DNA from: Candidatus Omnitrophica bacterium UBA6233
GTDB lineage: Bacteria > Omnitrophota > Gorgyraeia > Gygaellales > Profunditerraquicolaceae
Assembly (NCBI GenBank): GCA_002440965.1
Contig: DJWJ01000016.1
Coordinates: 7,409-71,408, forward strand
DNA length: 64,000 nucleotides
Direction of reading: 5' to 3'
Shown: positions 8,349 through 18,036 of the stretch, piece after piece
How positions within the stretch are numbered: the stretch's first letter is position 1
Layout: each line of letters starts with the position of its first letter
Made by a program: the position numbers and the translations under genes
The notes under the pieces: model-generated
Databases searched by the model: none
Told to the model about the DNA's origin: nothing
What the model saw: only the letters and a program-made list of their open reading frames with translations

Positions 8349-9378
8349 ATTAAAAAAAACAGTTTTGGCCTTGGGCCCGCAAACCAAAAATACAATTTGT
8401 TTTGCCAAAGGCAGCAATGCGTATGTCAGCCCAGTGCATGCGGAGCTAAGTTCTCCTAAAGATTTGTTAGCTTTTGAAAAAGACGCAAAATGCTTTCTTA
8501 AGAAGCATCCTAAGATTATAACCTGTGATTTACATCCTGAATATCAGTCAACCAAATTTGCTCTTTCTCTCTACGGTAGCTACAAGCCTGTATTAATTCA
8601 GCATCACCATGCGCATATTGCCGCTTGCATGGCAGAGAATGGGTTGAAAGATCAAAAAGTAATCGGCGTTGCTTTTGACGGCACAGGCTTAGGATCTGAC
8701 AATAACATTTGGGGCGCAGAATTTTTAGTCTGTAACTATAAAACATTTGTTAGGCAGGCGCACTTAAAAGAGATCCCGCTTGTTGGCGGAGAGAGAGCGG
8801 TTTTAGAACCCTGGAGAGTATTAGCTGCCTGGTTTGATTTTAATAAGAGTCAGGCCTTAAGAAAAATATATCAAGCCGGAATCAATTCCCCCCTAGCTAG
8901 TAGTATGGGCAGGTTATTCGACGCAGTTGCCAGCCTTATTTTAAATAAGAAAAAGGCGAGTTTCGAGGCAGAGTTGCCAATTGCCTTAGAAAAGCTCGCT
9001 GAAAAAGGCAAACTTCTAAGCTCAGGTTATAGATTTAACCTGAAAAAATACAAAGATAACTATATTATTGATCCGTCCGGAATATTTAAGCAGATCCCTA
9101 AGGATTTAAAATCAGGAATCTTGCGTAAAGATGTTGCCCTGAATTTCCATCGTAGTGTAGCCAGCATGATCGCGCAAACCTGTTTAGTTCTAAGAAGAAG
9201 AAATAAAACCAAGAAAGTAGTTTTATCCGGAGGAGTTTTTCAAAACAGGCTTTTACTGAATTTTAGTTCGGATTTATTAAATGAAGAAGGTTTTGAAGTT
9301 TTTACGCATCAAAAATTATCCTGCAATGATTCGTGTGTTTCTTTGGGGGAGGCAATTATAGCAGGTTTAAGGAGTTAA
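8317..9378 (+). CDS. hypF: HypF-like carbamoyltransferase, C-terminal Kae1/YgjD-like domain only (truncated HypF)
   Basis: 'LIQHHHAHIAACMAENG' and 'GVAFDGTGLGSD' match the HypF C-terminal domain. No acylphosphatase, Zn-finger or YrdC domains are encoded upstream. Start placed at the Met after the previous stop. Confidence 0.55.
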   Translation: MKTVKIKLPVKLKKTVLALGPQTKNTICFAKGSNAYVSPVHAELSSPKDLLAFEKDAKCFLKKHPKIITCDLHPEYQSTKFALSLYGSYKPVLIQHHHAHIAACMAENGLKDQKVIGVAFDGTGLGSDNNIWGAEFLVCNYKTFVRQAHLKEIPLVGGERAVLEPWRVLAAWFDFNKSQALRKIYQAGINSPLASSMGRLFDAVASLILNKKKASFEAELPIALEKLAEKGKLLSSGYRFNLKKYKDNYIIDPSGIFKQIPKDLKSGILRKDVALNFHRSVASMIAQTCLVLRRRNKTKKVVLSGGVFQNRLLLNFSSDLLNEEGFEVFTHQKLSCNDSCVSLGEAIIAGLRS

Positions 9379-9381
9379 GCC

Positions 9382-9591
9382 ATGTGCTTGGGTATACCTA
9401 TGAAGATCAGGAAGATTAACGGAGATTTTGCCGAGGTGGAATCCGGAAGGCTTTTACGCAATGCCAGCATTCAGATGTTACCCGGTTTAAAAGTGGGTGA
9501 TTATGTGCTGGTGCACGCCGGTTTTGCTATCCAAAAGGTTAATCCGGAAAGGGCTAGGGAAACTTTAAAGATTGCCAATGAGATACGTTGA
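9382..9591 (+). CDS. hypC: hydrogenase maturation factor HypC
   Basis: N-terminal 'MCLGIP' with essential Cys2, and 'VGDYVLVHAGFAI'. Confidence 0.8.
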   Translation: MCLGIPMKIRKINGDFAEVESGRLLRNASIQMLPGLKVGDYVLVHAGFAIQKVNPERARETLKIANEIR

Positions 9592-10666
9592 TGAATTCCG
9601 AAATCCTAAGTTAGTCGAAAAAATCGCCGCAAGAATATCCAGCATCAACCCCGGGGATAAAATTGATATTATGGAGGTTTGCGGAACCCATACACAGAAT
9701 TTTTACCGTTTTGGGTTAAGAGAGCTTTTGCCTAAAAATGTCAGGTTAATTTCCGGACCCGGTTGTCCGGTGTGTGTAAGCCCGCAAAAGTATATTGATT
9801 CCGCTATTGAATTGGCCAAAGATAAGGATGTAATTATCGCTACCTTTGGCGATATGTTGCGCATGCCCGGAACCAATTCTTCGCTGGAAGAAGAAAAAAC
9901 CGAGTTTGGAAATGTCCGTATAGTCTATTCTCCTTTGGACACATTGTTTATAGCCAAAAAGAATCCCCACAAGAAAATAGTGTTTTTGGCGGTTGGTTTC
10001 GAGACCACCGCACCCACCATCGCCCTAACAATTTTATCCGCAAAAAAAGAGAAACTAAAGAATATTTTCTTTCTCTCGTCGCTTAGACTAATCCCGCCGG
10101 CTATGCGGTATTTGTTATCCGATAAGAGGCTCAAAATCGACGCATTTTTATGCCCGGGTCATGTTTCGGCAGTTATCGGAACGCAAGATTATGAATTTAT
10201 CCCGAAGAAATATGGAAAAGCCTGTTGTATCGCTGGTTTTGAGCCAGTGGATATTTTGGAAGGAATATGTAGAATTCTAGAGCAAATTATCCTAAATAAG
10301 CCATATGTGGCTAATCAATATACGCGCATAGTTACTAAAACCGGGAATACCCGGGCAAAAAGAGTCACTAACCGTGTGTTTGGAATAAGAGATTCTGAAT
10401 GGCGCGGCCTTGGTTTTATACCGGATAGCGGTCTAGAATTAAAAAGAGAATTTTCTGTTTTTGACGCAAAACGCGTTTTTTCTATTAGCGACAAGAAAAT
10501 CAAGGAAAAAATAACAAGTAGCTGCAGATGCGCTGATATTCTAAAAGGTGTTATTTCTCCGGAAGATTGTCCTTTATTTGTAAGAGCGTGCAATCCGGAT
10601 AATCCTATTGGCCCATGTATGGTTTCCAGCGAAGGAACGTGTAATGCATATTATAGGTATCGTTAG
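9572..10666 (+). CDS. hypD: hydrogenase maturation factor HypD
   Basis: 'CGTHTQNF', 'GPGCPVCV', 'FETTAP' and a C-terminal Cys-rich region; 364 aa. Confidence 0.85.
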   Translation: MPMRYVDEFRNPKLVEKIAARISSINPGDKIDIMEVCGTHTQNFYRFGLRELLPKNVRLISGPGCPVCVSPQKYIDSAIELAKDKDVIIATFGDMLRMPGTNSSLEEEKTEFGNVRIVYSPLDTLFIAKKNPHKKIVFLAVGFETTAPTIALTILSAKKEKLKNIFFLSSLRLIPPAMRYLLSDKRLKIDAFLCPGHVSAVIGTQDYEFIPKKYGKACCIAGFEPVDILEGICRILEQIILNKPYVANQYTRIVTKTGNTRAKRVTNRVFGIRDSEWRGLGFIPDSGLELKREFSVFDAKRVFSISDKKIKEKITSSCRCADILKGVISPEDCPLFVRACNPDNPIGPCMVSSEGTCNAYYRYR

Positions 10667-13124
10667 AAAGTTAAAAGTCAAAAGTCCCTGCCTGCCCGGC
10701 AGGCAGGAAAAGTCAAGACTACAGAGGAAAAATGAAAAATTCAAGTTTTGGGCTGTAGCTTTAGGTTTTTCTCTCTTGTTTTTGCCTTTGCTGATTGGCT
10801 GTGCGCAAAAGATTGAATCGAAGCCGCAAGACTATGCCAAGTTATCCGAGGATTACTACAGTAAGGCCATTAAAGAGTATGAAAGGTCAATCTTCGCCGA
10901 TAAGAATACGGATAAGCCGTATTTTGAATTGGGCAAACTCTACTACGGGCACGGAGATTTTGAGAATGCCGTGAGGGCGTTTCAAAAATCAGCCCTTCCC
11001 GCAGCCGGAAAATTTATTGGTATAGCATATTACCGCCTAGGAGATTACACAAGCGCTCTGGAGATGTTTAACCGCGGGAAATCAACCGATGGGGAGTACG
11101 GATATTATTACGGGTTGACTTGCGAAAAGCTGAATTTATTTGATCAGGCCTTAAATATTTATAAAGGAATTAATGACGGAGAATTCCAGGCTAAAGCAAA
11201 GGCCCGGATTGAGGCAATCGAAAGAAATATTAGTTCAGCGCATATTCGGGACCTAGACCCGGAAATAAGCAGGATTATAGTTTGTTCTCCACAGCAAAAT
11301 AGCTATCCTCAGGCAGCCGCGCTTATTCTCTGGGCCGACGAAGAAATAGAGGTGACCAAAGATAACACCGGGGTATCGCGCCTTCATTATTTGATTAAGA
11401 TTCTTAATGAACGAGGAAAGGAAAATCTTGCGGAAGCCCAAATAGAGTATGATTCCACATTTGAAAAAGTGGAGTTGGAGTACGCGCGCACCATTAAACC
11501 TGACGGCAAGCTGGTTAATGTGGGATCTCGCCACATCCGCGACGTATCGAAATATCTGAACTTCCCGCTTTATAGCAACAATCGGGTCTTTATAATTTCA
11601 TTTCCCGAAGTAGCTATAGGTTCTTGTCTAGAGTATAAACTTAAAATAAAGCGCAGCGAGCTTATCAACAAGAAAGACTTTGTTTTAAATTATCCCCTGC
11701 AGTCTGAAGAGCCGATTATTTCGGCGGATTTTTCGTTTATTCTACCAAAAGAGAAAAAACTTAAAATTAAGGTCATCAACGAGGAGTATAATGATTTCAA
11801 AGCGGTTCTTATTCCTTTTGTTGAAGAACGGGGGGATAGCCTGATTTATCGCTGGAAATTCAAAGATATCCCGCAGATAATCCCGGAGCCCAATATGCCG
11901 CCCGATGTCGAAATCAATCCCATGATTTTATTATCTACTTTCCAGAGTTGGGATGAGGTCTACGATTGGTGGTGGAATTTAGCTAAAAACAAAATCCAGG
12001 CAGATCCAGCCATTAAGCAAAAGGTGAAGGCGTTAATCAGAAAAAAGCATTCTGACGGAGAAAAGGCGCGTTCAATTTATAATTTTTGCGCTCAAAACAT
12101 TCGTTATGTCGCGGTAGAATACGGGCAGGCCGGTTATGAGCCGCATTCGGCAAGCGAAATATTTAAGAATAAATACGGCGATTGCAAGGATCAGGCAATA
12201 CTTTTAGTTACCATGTTTAAAGAAGCTGGCCTTGACGCTTATCCGGTGCTTATCAGCACTGATAAGTCCATTGATCTTAATCCCGACCTGCCGGCAACAT
12301 TGTTTAATCATTGTATAGTGGCTTTGGAAATAAATGGGAAGACTATATTTCTTGATCCTACCGCTCAAACCTGTTCCTTCGCAGACCTGCCTCAGCAAGA
12401 TCAGTTACGCAAGGTTTTGGTATTTAGCCCGGACGGATACAAAATATTGGATACACCGTTATTCCCTCCGGAGCATAACTTAGCCCGTCAGGATCTAAGC
12501 ATAACAGTGAACGAAAACGAAGGGGTAACCGCCGATAAAAAGAATCTTACCCGCGGTTTGTATGATCAAATTCAGCGTTACTGGCTCCTCTATACTCAGC
12601 CTGAGCTCATCCAGGATGTTTTAAATAATGCGGCACAGGAAGTTTCAATCGGGGCTAAAGTGGATAAATATAAAATTGATAATTTAAGCGATTTAAATAA
12701 GCCGGTTGTGTTGTCGTACAGTTTTTCCGGGAATGAGTTTTTCATTGTTTCGGGAGCCTTGAGGATTTTGCCGCAATTGGCCTCGGTTAACACATCTTTA
12801 GTTTCCAAGCTTAAGCGGAAATATCCGATTGACCTTGCCCTCTTGGATACTAAGGAAGAATTCTTCGAGATAAATCTTCCCGGCGGTTTTATCATTAAGA
12901 ATATGCCGGAGAATCTAAACGAGGATAGTCCATGGTTAAGGGTTGAAGTAGAATATGGCTATAAAGATAACAAGGTTTTCTCCCGGCAGCAAACCGAAAC
13001 CAAGAAAAGGATAATTTCACAGAACGAATATCCATCTTTCAAAGTTTTTTTAGAGAAAATAGCGAGAGAACTCAAGCAAAGGATAATTTTAGAAAAGGTA
13101 GATGGCGAATATGAGAAAAAATGA
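10644..13124 (+). CDS. TPR-repeat / DUF3857 / transglutaminase-like lipoprotein
   Basis: Lipobox 'LLIGCAQK'; TPR-like 'YFELGKLYYGHGDFENAVRAFQKS'; transglutaminase core 'KYGDCKDQAILLVTMFKEAGLDAYPVL'. Start assigned to the ATG at 10644. The N-terminal basic region is encoded by the repeat element. Confidence 0.55.
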   Translation: MHIIGIVRKLKVKSPCLPGRQEKSRLQRKNEKFKFWAVALGFSLLFLPLLIGCAQKIESKPQDYAKLSEDYYSKAIKEYERSIFADKNTDKPYFELGKLYYGHGDFENAVRAFQKSALPAAGKFIGIAYYRLGDYTSALEMFNRGKSTDGEYGYYYGLTCEKLNLFDQALNIYKGINDGEFQAKAKARIEAIERNISSAHIRDLDPEISRIIVCSPQQNSYPQAAALILWADEEIEVTKDNTGVSRLHYLIKILNERGKENLAEAQIEYDSTFEKVELEYARTIKPDGKLVNVGSRHIRDVSKYLNFPLYSNNRVFIISFPEVAIGSCLEYKLKIKRSELINKKDFVLNYPLQSEEPIISADFSFILPKEKKLKIKVINEEYNDFKAVLIPFVEERGDSLIYRWKFKDIPQIIPEPNMPPDVEINPMILLSTFQSWDEVYDWWWNLAKNKIQADPAIKQKVKALIRKKHSDGEKARSIYNFCAQNIRYVAVEYGQAGYEPHSASEIFKNKYGDCKDQAILLVTMFKEAGLDAYPVLISTDKSIDLNPDLPATLFNHCIVALEINGKTIFLDPTAQTCSFADLPQQDQLRKVLVFSPDGYKILDTPLFPPEHNLARQDLSITVNENEGVTADKKNLTRGLYDQIQRYWLLYTQPELIQDVLNNAAQEVSIGAKVDKYKIDNLSDLNKPVVLSYSFSGNEFFIVSGALRILPQLASVNTSLVSKLKRKYPIDLALLDTKEEFFEINLPGGFIIKNMPENLNEDSPWLRVEVEYGYKDNKVFSRQQTETKKRIISQNEYPSFKVFLEKIARELKQRIILEKVDGEYEKK
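10667..10719. repeat. short palindromic repeat element, copy 1: AAAAGTCAAAAGTC flanks around CCTGCCTGCC-CGGCAGGCAGG
   Basis: A near-identical element occurs at 28079-28138. Both copies lie in-frame inside ORFs. Confidence 0.7.
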
Positions 13125-15075
13125 GTATTTAGGAAAAGAGAAACGGCAATACGTGCGTTTAGACACGGTTTTTCCCGTGCAATTCCGCCTTGTAAGCGTC
13201 GACGGCAAAATTAACTTATCCGACTGGTTACAGGGGTTTACCAGCGATTTAAGCAAAGGCGGGATATGTTTATGCGTAAACAACTTCGAACCGGGCCTTC
13301 TGCAATTAATCAAAGAGCATAAGGTAAAACTCTCCTTGGCCATAGATATACCATTCTTAAGAAAGCCGGTAGATGTTTTAGCTGTTCCGGTTTGGACGAG
13401 AGAGAAGGCAGGTGCCGTCAACAAATGTTACATCGGGCTTTCTTATGAAAAAATAAATTCTGCCGCCAATAGTAGGTTAATGATTTATGCTCGGGGGAAG
13501 AAGTTATTCGTTCCGGCGGTTTTAGGGGCCATCATTCTTTTGGGGGCGCTTTTAGCATTAAACGGCCTTATAAACATGGAGCTTAAAAAGAATAACAGGG
13601 CCTTAGTTAAGGCTTTGACCGCGGTAATTCAGGAATCCCAAGCCGTCCGGCAGAAAATAAGCGATGTAAACAAGGAAAAAGCGCTTTTGGAATCAAATAT
13701 CCAGGCGCTAGAATCGCGTATAAAAGCAGCAGATTACGAAAGGCTAAAGCTGAAAAGTAAGACGCAAACCGAATTGTCCGAGCTCACGGAGCAGTCCGGG
13801 AGAAAAATAGATGACCTAAGCAATCTTATTAAACAGTTAACAATGGAAAAAGAGGAGCTTAGGGGTAAGTTGGCTGCTACTCGAATCAAAGAGAGCGTTA
13901 TCGTTAAGGAGGCGGCCCGAATAGAAGAGAAGAAGGCGGTTATAGAGAAGGCAAATTTTGATGCGATGTATCAATGGATTAAGGTGCATCAAAATCCCCG
14001 CACCGGCCTGGTGGTGAGCTTCGAGGGGGACAACGATATAAGCGGATGGGCTTTTACTTATGACCAGTCCTTGGTTATACAAGCTTTTACTAATTTTAAA
14101 GATTTTGAACGCGCAAGAAAAATGCTGGATTTTTTCAATAACCGGGCTGAAAAGAAGGACGGCTTATTCTTAAACGCCTATTATGCTAACGACGGTTTGC
14201 CCTCCGAAGTTATAGTCCATTGCGGGCCGAATATTTGGCTGGGGATTGCGGCAGTTCAATATACTTATAAGACCAATGATAAAAAATATCTTAGTATGGC
14301 CGAGAGTATTGCCGATGGTATAATTGATTTACAAAAACAAGATGCCGAAGGAGGATTGCGCGGAGGGCCCAGCGTGACGTGGTATGCCACAGAGCATAAT
14401 CTTGACGCATACGCATTCTTCAATATGTTATACGTACTTACGAGTAAACAGAAATATTTGGAGGCCAGAGATAAGGTATTGGATTGGCTGGTTAAGAATA
14501 CCTATAATAAGACAGATATTCCTATTAAGCGCGGCAAAGGAGATTCTACTATTGCCACCGATACTTACGCTTGGTCAATTGCCGCCATCGGCCCGGATAA
14601 ATTGGAAAGTTTAGGGATGGATCCAGATAGAATTATGGATTTCGCGGAGAAGACCTGCAGCGTAAACGTTTTTTATACAAAACCGGAAGGAGATAAGGTT
14701 AAAATCAAAGGTTTTGATTTTGCTCCCGAAAGACATGTTTCCCGCGGAGGAGTAGTTTCTTCGGAGTGGACTGCCCAGATGGTCATTTCTTTTAAGATTA
14801 TGGCGGATTATTATCTTAAGAAAAATATTCCCGGCAAGGAAAACAGTTATCGGTTGAAAGCGGATGAATATCTTCTTTCTTTAAGCAATATGATTATTTC
14901 CAGTCCATCTGCTTCGGGCCAGGGGGCAAACTGTCTGCCTTACGCCAGCCAAGATTTTGTAGATACGGGGCATGGTTGGTTTACGCCAAAAGGCAAAGAT
15001 ACCGGGTCAGTATCCGGGACTACCTATACAATCTTTGCTTATTATAATTACAATCCCTTGGAATTCAAAGATTAA
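13102..15075 (+). CDS. PilZ-domain protein with TM segment, coiled coil and a C-terminal (alpha/alpha)6-barrel-like domain
   Basis: N-terminal PilZ motifs 'RQYVRLDTVFPVQF' and 'DLSKGGICL'; hydrophobic segment 'VPAVLGAIILLGALLAL'; long heptad-like region; C-terminal glycosidase-like fold is inferred only. Confidence 0.5.
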   Translation: MANMRKNEYLGKEKRQYVRLDTVFPVQFRLVSVDGKINLSDWLQGFTSDLSKGGICLCVNNFEPGLLQLIKEHKVKLSLAIDIPFLRKPVDVLAVPVWTREKAGAVNKCYIGLSYEKINSAANSRLMIYARGKKLFVPAVLGAIILLGALLALNGLINMELKKNNRALVKALTAVIQESQAVRQKISDVNKEKALLESNIQALESRIKAADYERLKLKSKTQTELSELTEQSGRKIDDLSNLIKQLTMEKEELRGKLAATRIKESVIVKEAARIEEKKAVIEKANFDAMYQWIKVHQNPRTGLVVSFEGDNDISGWAFTYDQSLVIQAFTNFKDFERARKMLDFFNNRAEKKDGLFLNAYYANDGLPSEVIVHCGPNIWLGIAAVQYTYKTNDKKYLSMAESIADGIIDLQKQDAEGGLRGGPSVTWYATEHNLDAYAFFNMLYVLTSKQKYLEARDKVLDWLVKNTYNKTDIPIKRGKGDSTIATDTYAWSIAAIGPDKLESLGMDPDRIMDFAEKTCSVNVFYTKPEGDKVKIKGFDFAPERHVSRGGVVSSEWTAQMVISFKIMADYYLKKNIPGKENSYRLKADEYLLSLSNMIISSPSASGQGANCLPYASQDFVDTGHGWFTPKGKDTGSVSGTTYTIFAYYNYNPLEFKD

Positions 15076-15102
15076 AAGCCGGGTTTTGTCCGTAGAGCTT
15101 GA

Positions 15103-15762
15103 GTGGACGAATCTATCCAGAAGATGAAAAGGAAGCTAAATTCGATTTACCATAAGCTTTATTCTTGTTTCGGAGCGCAACATTGGTGGCCGGCTGATTC
15201 TATTTTTGAAATAATGGTGGGAGCGGTTCTTACTCAGAATACCAATTGGTCTAATGTAGAGAAAGCCATAGAGAATTTAAAAAAATATAAATTGCTAGAT
15301 CCGCAGAGGCTTTATAACGCGGCGAATAGCAAAATCGCCCGGCTTATCCGCCCGGCAGGTTACTATAATATAAAAACCCAGCGTCTCAAGGAGTTGCTCA
15401 GGTTTTATATAAATAATTACGGGGCAAATGCGAGAAAAATATCCGCAAGAGGCTTGACCGATTTACGCAGGGAGCTGCTTTCAGTAAAAGGCGTAGGCCC
15501 CGAGACAGCGGATTCGATTTTGCTCTATGCGTTCAACAAGCCAATTTTTGTTATCGACAGCTATACCAAAAGGGTGTTCTCGAGGCATAAGTTGTTAAAA
15601 GAAGATGCGGAGTATGATGAGGCGCAGAGGTTATTTATGGACAATTTGACTGTAGACGTCAAATTATTCAACGAATATCATGCGCTTATAGTGGCGGTGG
15701 CAAAAACTTATTGCAGTAAGTCGCATCCTAAATGTGCTGTTTGCCCCCTAGATTTTTGCTGA
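15103..15762 (+). CDS. endonuclease III-related HhH-GPD protein with 4Fe-4S loop (COG2231-like)
   Basis: 'HWWPADSIFEIMVGAVLTQNTNW' and a C-terminal 'C...HPKCAVCPL' cluster loop. Confidence 0.6.
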   Translation: MDESIQKMKRKLNSIYHKLYSCFGAQHWWPADSIFEIMVGAVLTQNTNWSNVEKAIENLKKYKLLDPQRLYNAANSKIARLIRPAGYYNIKTQRLKELLRFYINNYGANARKISARGLTDLRRELLSVKGVGPETADSILLYAFNKPIFVIDSYTKRVFSRHKLLKEDAEYDEAQRLFMDNLTVDVKLFNEYHALIVAVAKTYCSKSHPKCAVCPLDFC

Positions 15763-15792
15763 AATCTTGCTATAATATTCGGTATAATTAAA

Positions 15793-16917
15793 ATGGTTAA
15801 TAAAGTTCGTCTTATCAAGCTTACCCGTAAGCTTATCCAGATAAATTCCGAAAATCCTCCCGGTGATGAATCGGTCTTGGCTAATTTCGTGCAGGGGTAT
15901 CTTAAGGGATTAGGCTTAAGAGCAAAGATTTATGAATTTAAAAGAAATCGCTCAAATGTGCTGGCGTATTTGGAGAGGCCGGGAAACAGGCGTCAGTTGC
16001 TTATAACTCCGCATCTGGATACAGTTTGCGCCGGGGAAAATTGGCGGTTTAACCCTTTTGCGGCAAAAATAGCCGGAAACAGGATTTATGGTTTAGGCGC
16101 AACCGATTGCAAAGCGAATTTGGCAGTTGCCCTGGAAGCGATCAACAGCCTGGTGGAAGATAAGAAATGTTTAGATTATAATTTGGTCCTGGCGGCTACT
16201 GCGGATGAAGAATGCGGTTCAGGCCTAGGTTTGATTCCCCTTCTGGATAAAAAGATATTAAAACCGGATGCAGCCCTGGTTTTAGATGCGGATGACTTTG
16301 AGATTATTGTGGCGCAAAAAGGTTTGATGCATCTTAAGATAAGGATAGAAGGCAAGCGCGCGCACGGGGCTTATCCTTATCTGGGGGTCAATGCAATTGA
16401 TATAGCCCTGGATGTAATCAAGGATATAAAGAACCATAAATTTCATTATTCTAAGAATAAATACCTTAAGGCTCCTACCCTTAACGTGGGCACGATCCAC
16501 GGCGGAGATAAGGTTAATATTGTTGCGGATAGGTGTGAGTTTGAGTTAGATTTTAGATTTTTGCCCGGGACTAAGCCAGAAGAGATATTGGACGTACTTA
16601 AAAAGATTCTCCATAAGCGCGCCAAGAAATATAAAATAGAAGAGTCCAGCATTCAGCAGACTTATTCGATTTCGGAAAGACATCCTTTGGTTAGTGTTCT
16701 TAAAGAAGCGATGCGCGACTTCGGAGTTAGGCCGCATCTTACAGGCTCAGAGGGCGCAACAGTAATTACTTTTTTTCAGCATAAGAATATTCCGGCTATT
16801 GCCTCGGGATTTGGCTGCTTCGGATGCGCACATATTTCGGATGAATACGTAAAAATCGATAATCTTTATAAAGGAGCCAAAGTGTTGGATAGGTTTTTAG
16901 CAAATTATAAATTCTAA
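15793..16917 (+). CDS. M20-family metallopeptidase (ArgE/DapE-like deacylase)
   Basis: 'ITPHLDTV', 'GATDCKANLA', 'ADEECGS', 'HGAYPYLGVNAI'. Confidence 0.7.
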   Translation: MVNKVRLIKLTRKLIQINSENPPGDESVLANFVQGYLKGLGLRAKIYEFKRNRSNVLAYLERPGNRRQLLITPHLDTVCAGENWRFNPFAAKIAGNRIYGLGATDCKANLAVALEAINSLVEDKKCLDYNLVLAATADEECGSGLGLIPLLDKKILKPDAALVLDADDFEIIVAQKGLMHLKIRIEGKRAHGAYPYLGVNAIDIALDVIKDIKNHKFHYSKNKYLKAPTLNVGTIHGGDKVNIVADRCEFELDFRFLPGTKPEEILDVLKKILHKRAKKYKIEESSIQQTYSISERHPLVSVLKEAMRDFGVRPHLTGSEGATVITFFQHKNIPAIASGFGCFGCAHISDEYVKIDNLYKGAKVLDRFLANYKF

Positions 16918-16921
16918 TTTA

Positions 16922-17017
16922 AAAATGACCAATAACCAAACCCCAAATCCGAATAAAATCTCAATTATTCAATTTCCAAAATTGGAATTTGAGATTTGGA
17001 GCTTCATTTGTCATTGT
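16922..17017. repeat. intergenic long imperfect palindrome (AAATGACMA...TTTGTCATT), related to the 47369/49226/52549 family
   Basis: The two arms 'AAATGACCAATAACCAAACCCCAAATCC' and 'GGAGCTTCATTTGTCATTG' are inverted relative to each other. Starts right after a stop codon. Confidence 0.5.
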
Positions 17018-17067
17018 AACTTGGGATTTAATCCAAAAGGGAATGTTTAACAAGGAGAGTAAAACTT

Positions 17068-18036
17068 ATGGAAGGAATTAAAATTATAAAACGGCCTCGC
17101 CTAAAGAAGCCCTATTTGATCGTTGCTTGGCCGGGAATGGGGGAAGTTGCTTTTAGGGCCGCCACCTATCTGGTTGAAAAGTTGAATGCCGAAGAATTTG
17201 CTTCGTTGAATGCGGAAGACTTCTTTTATCTGGCCGGAAGCATGGTTAAGGATGGCTTGTTAAGTGCATCAGATTTACCAGAGAGTAAATTTTACTTCTG
17301 GAAGAATAGAAAAGGGAAAAACGATCTTATAATATTTTTGAGTAATGCCCAGCCGGATTTAGCCAGGGCCGAAGGATACTCCAAGATTATTATTCAGGTA
17401 GCTAAGAGTTTTAAGGTTGATAAGGTAGTTAGCTTTGCCTCTATGCCGCAGGGAATCGATCATACCCAAGATCCCAGGTTGTGGTTTGCCGCTACCTCGC
17501 AAGATTTAAGCAATACCCTAAAGAAATTCAACTTTAAAAGCTTGAGAGAAGGTTTGATTAGCGGAATGAACGGACTTTTTCTGGGTATAGCTAAAAGAGA
17601 AGGTATCGATGGGTTCTGTCTTTTGGGAGAAATCCCGCTTTATACCATTCAGATCGAAAACCCAAAAGCCTCCAGAGCTGTTTTAGAGGCTTTGTTTGCG
17701 ATTACCGGAATTCAGGTTGATTTATCCGGTTTATTTATACAGGCACAGGCCATGGAAGACGAAATCAATAAACTTTTGGATTACTTGAAGCTTGGGTCGG
17801 CAGCTAACGGGCCAATCGGAGAGGAAGATATAGAAAAAATAAAAAAGACTCTGAACCAGCTTACCAAGCTTCCCGTTTCAGTCAAAGAAAGGATTGAGCA
17901 GTTTTTTTCCCAGGCTAAAACCGATGTATCAAAGGCCCGTGAACTTAAAGTCGAACTCGATAAGTGGAATGTTTATAAAGAATACGAAGACAGATTTTTG
18001 GATCTATTCAAGAAGACCGGTGAAAAAAACAACTAG
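17068..18036 (+). CDS. PAC2-family (proteasome-assembly-chaperone-like) protein
   Basis: 'PYLIVAWPGMGEVAFRAATYLV' is characteristic of bacterial/archaeal PAC2-family proteins. Confidence 0.5.
   Translation: MEGIKIIKRPRLKKPYLIVAWPGMGEVAFRAATYLVEKLNAEEFASLNAEDFFYLAGSMVKDGLLSASDLPESKFYFWKNRKGKNDLIIFLSNAQPDLARAEGYSKIIIQVAKSFKVDKVVSFASMPQGIDHTQDPRLWFAATSQDLSNTLKKFNFKSLREGLISGMNGLFLGIAKREGIDGFCLLGEIPLYTIQIENPKASRAVLEALFAITGIQVDLSGLFIQAQAMEDEINKLLDYLKLGSAANGPIGEEDIEKIKKTLNQLTKLPVSVKERIEQFFSQAKTDVSKARELKVELDKWNVYKEYEDRFLDLFKKTGEKNN

Noticed and set aside
17894-18019. Tabulated hypE ORF start at 17894 (and similar upstream-extended starts at 8287, 10608, 27374, 30182, 31699, 47486, 49314)
   Set aside because: These extensions overlap the preceding gene or a repeat element and lack RBSs. 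Internal ATG/GTG starts with Shine-Dalgarno sequences and family-typical N-termini were preferred.
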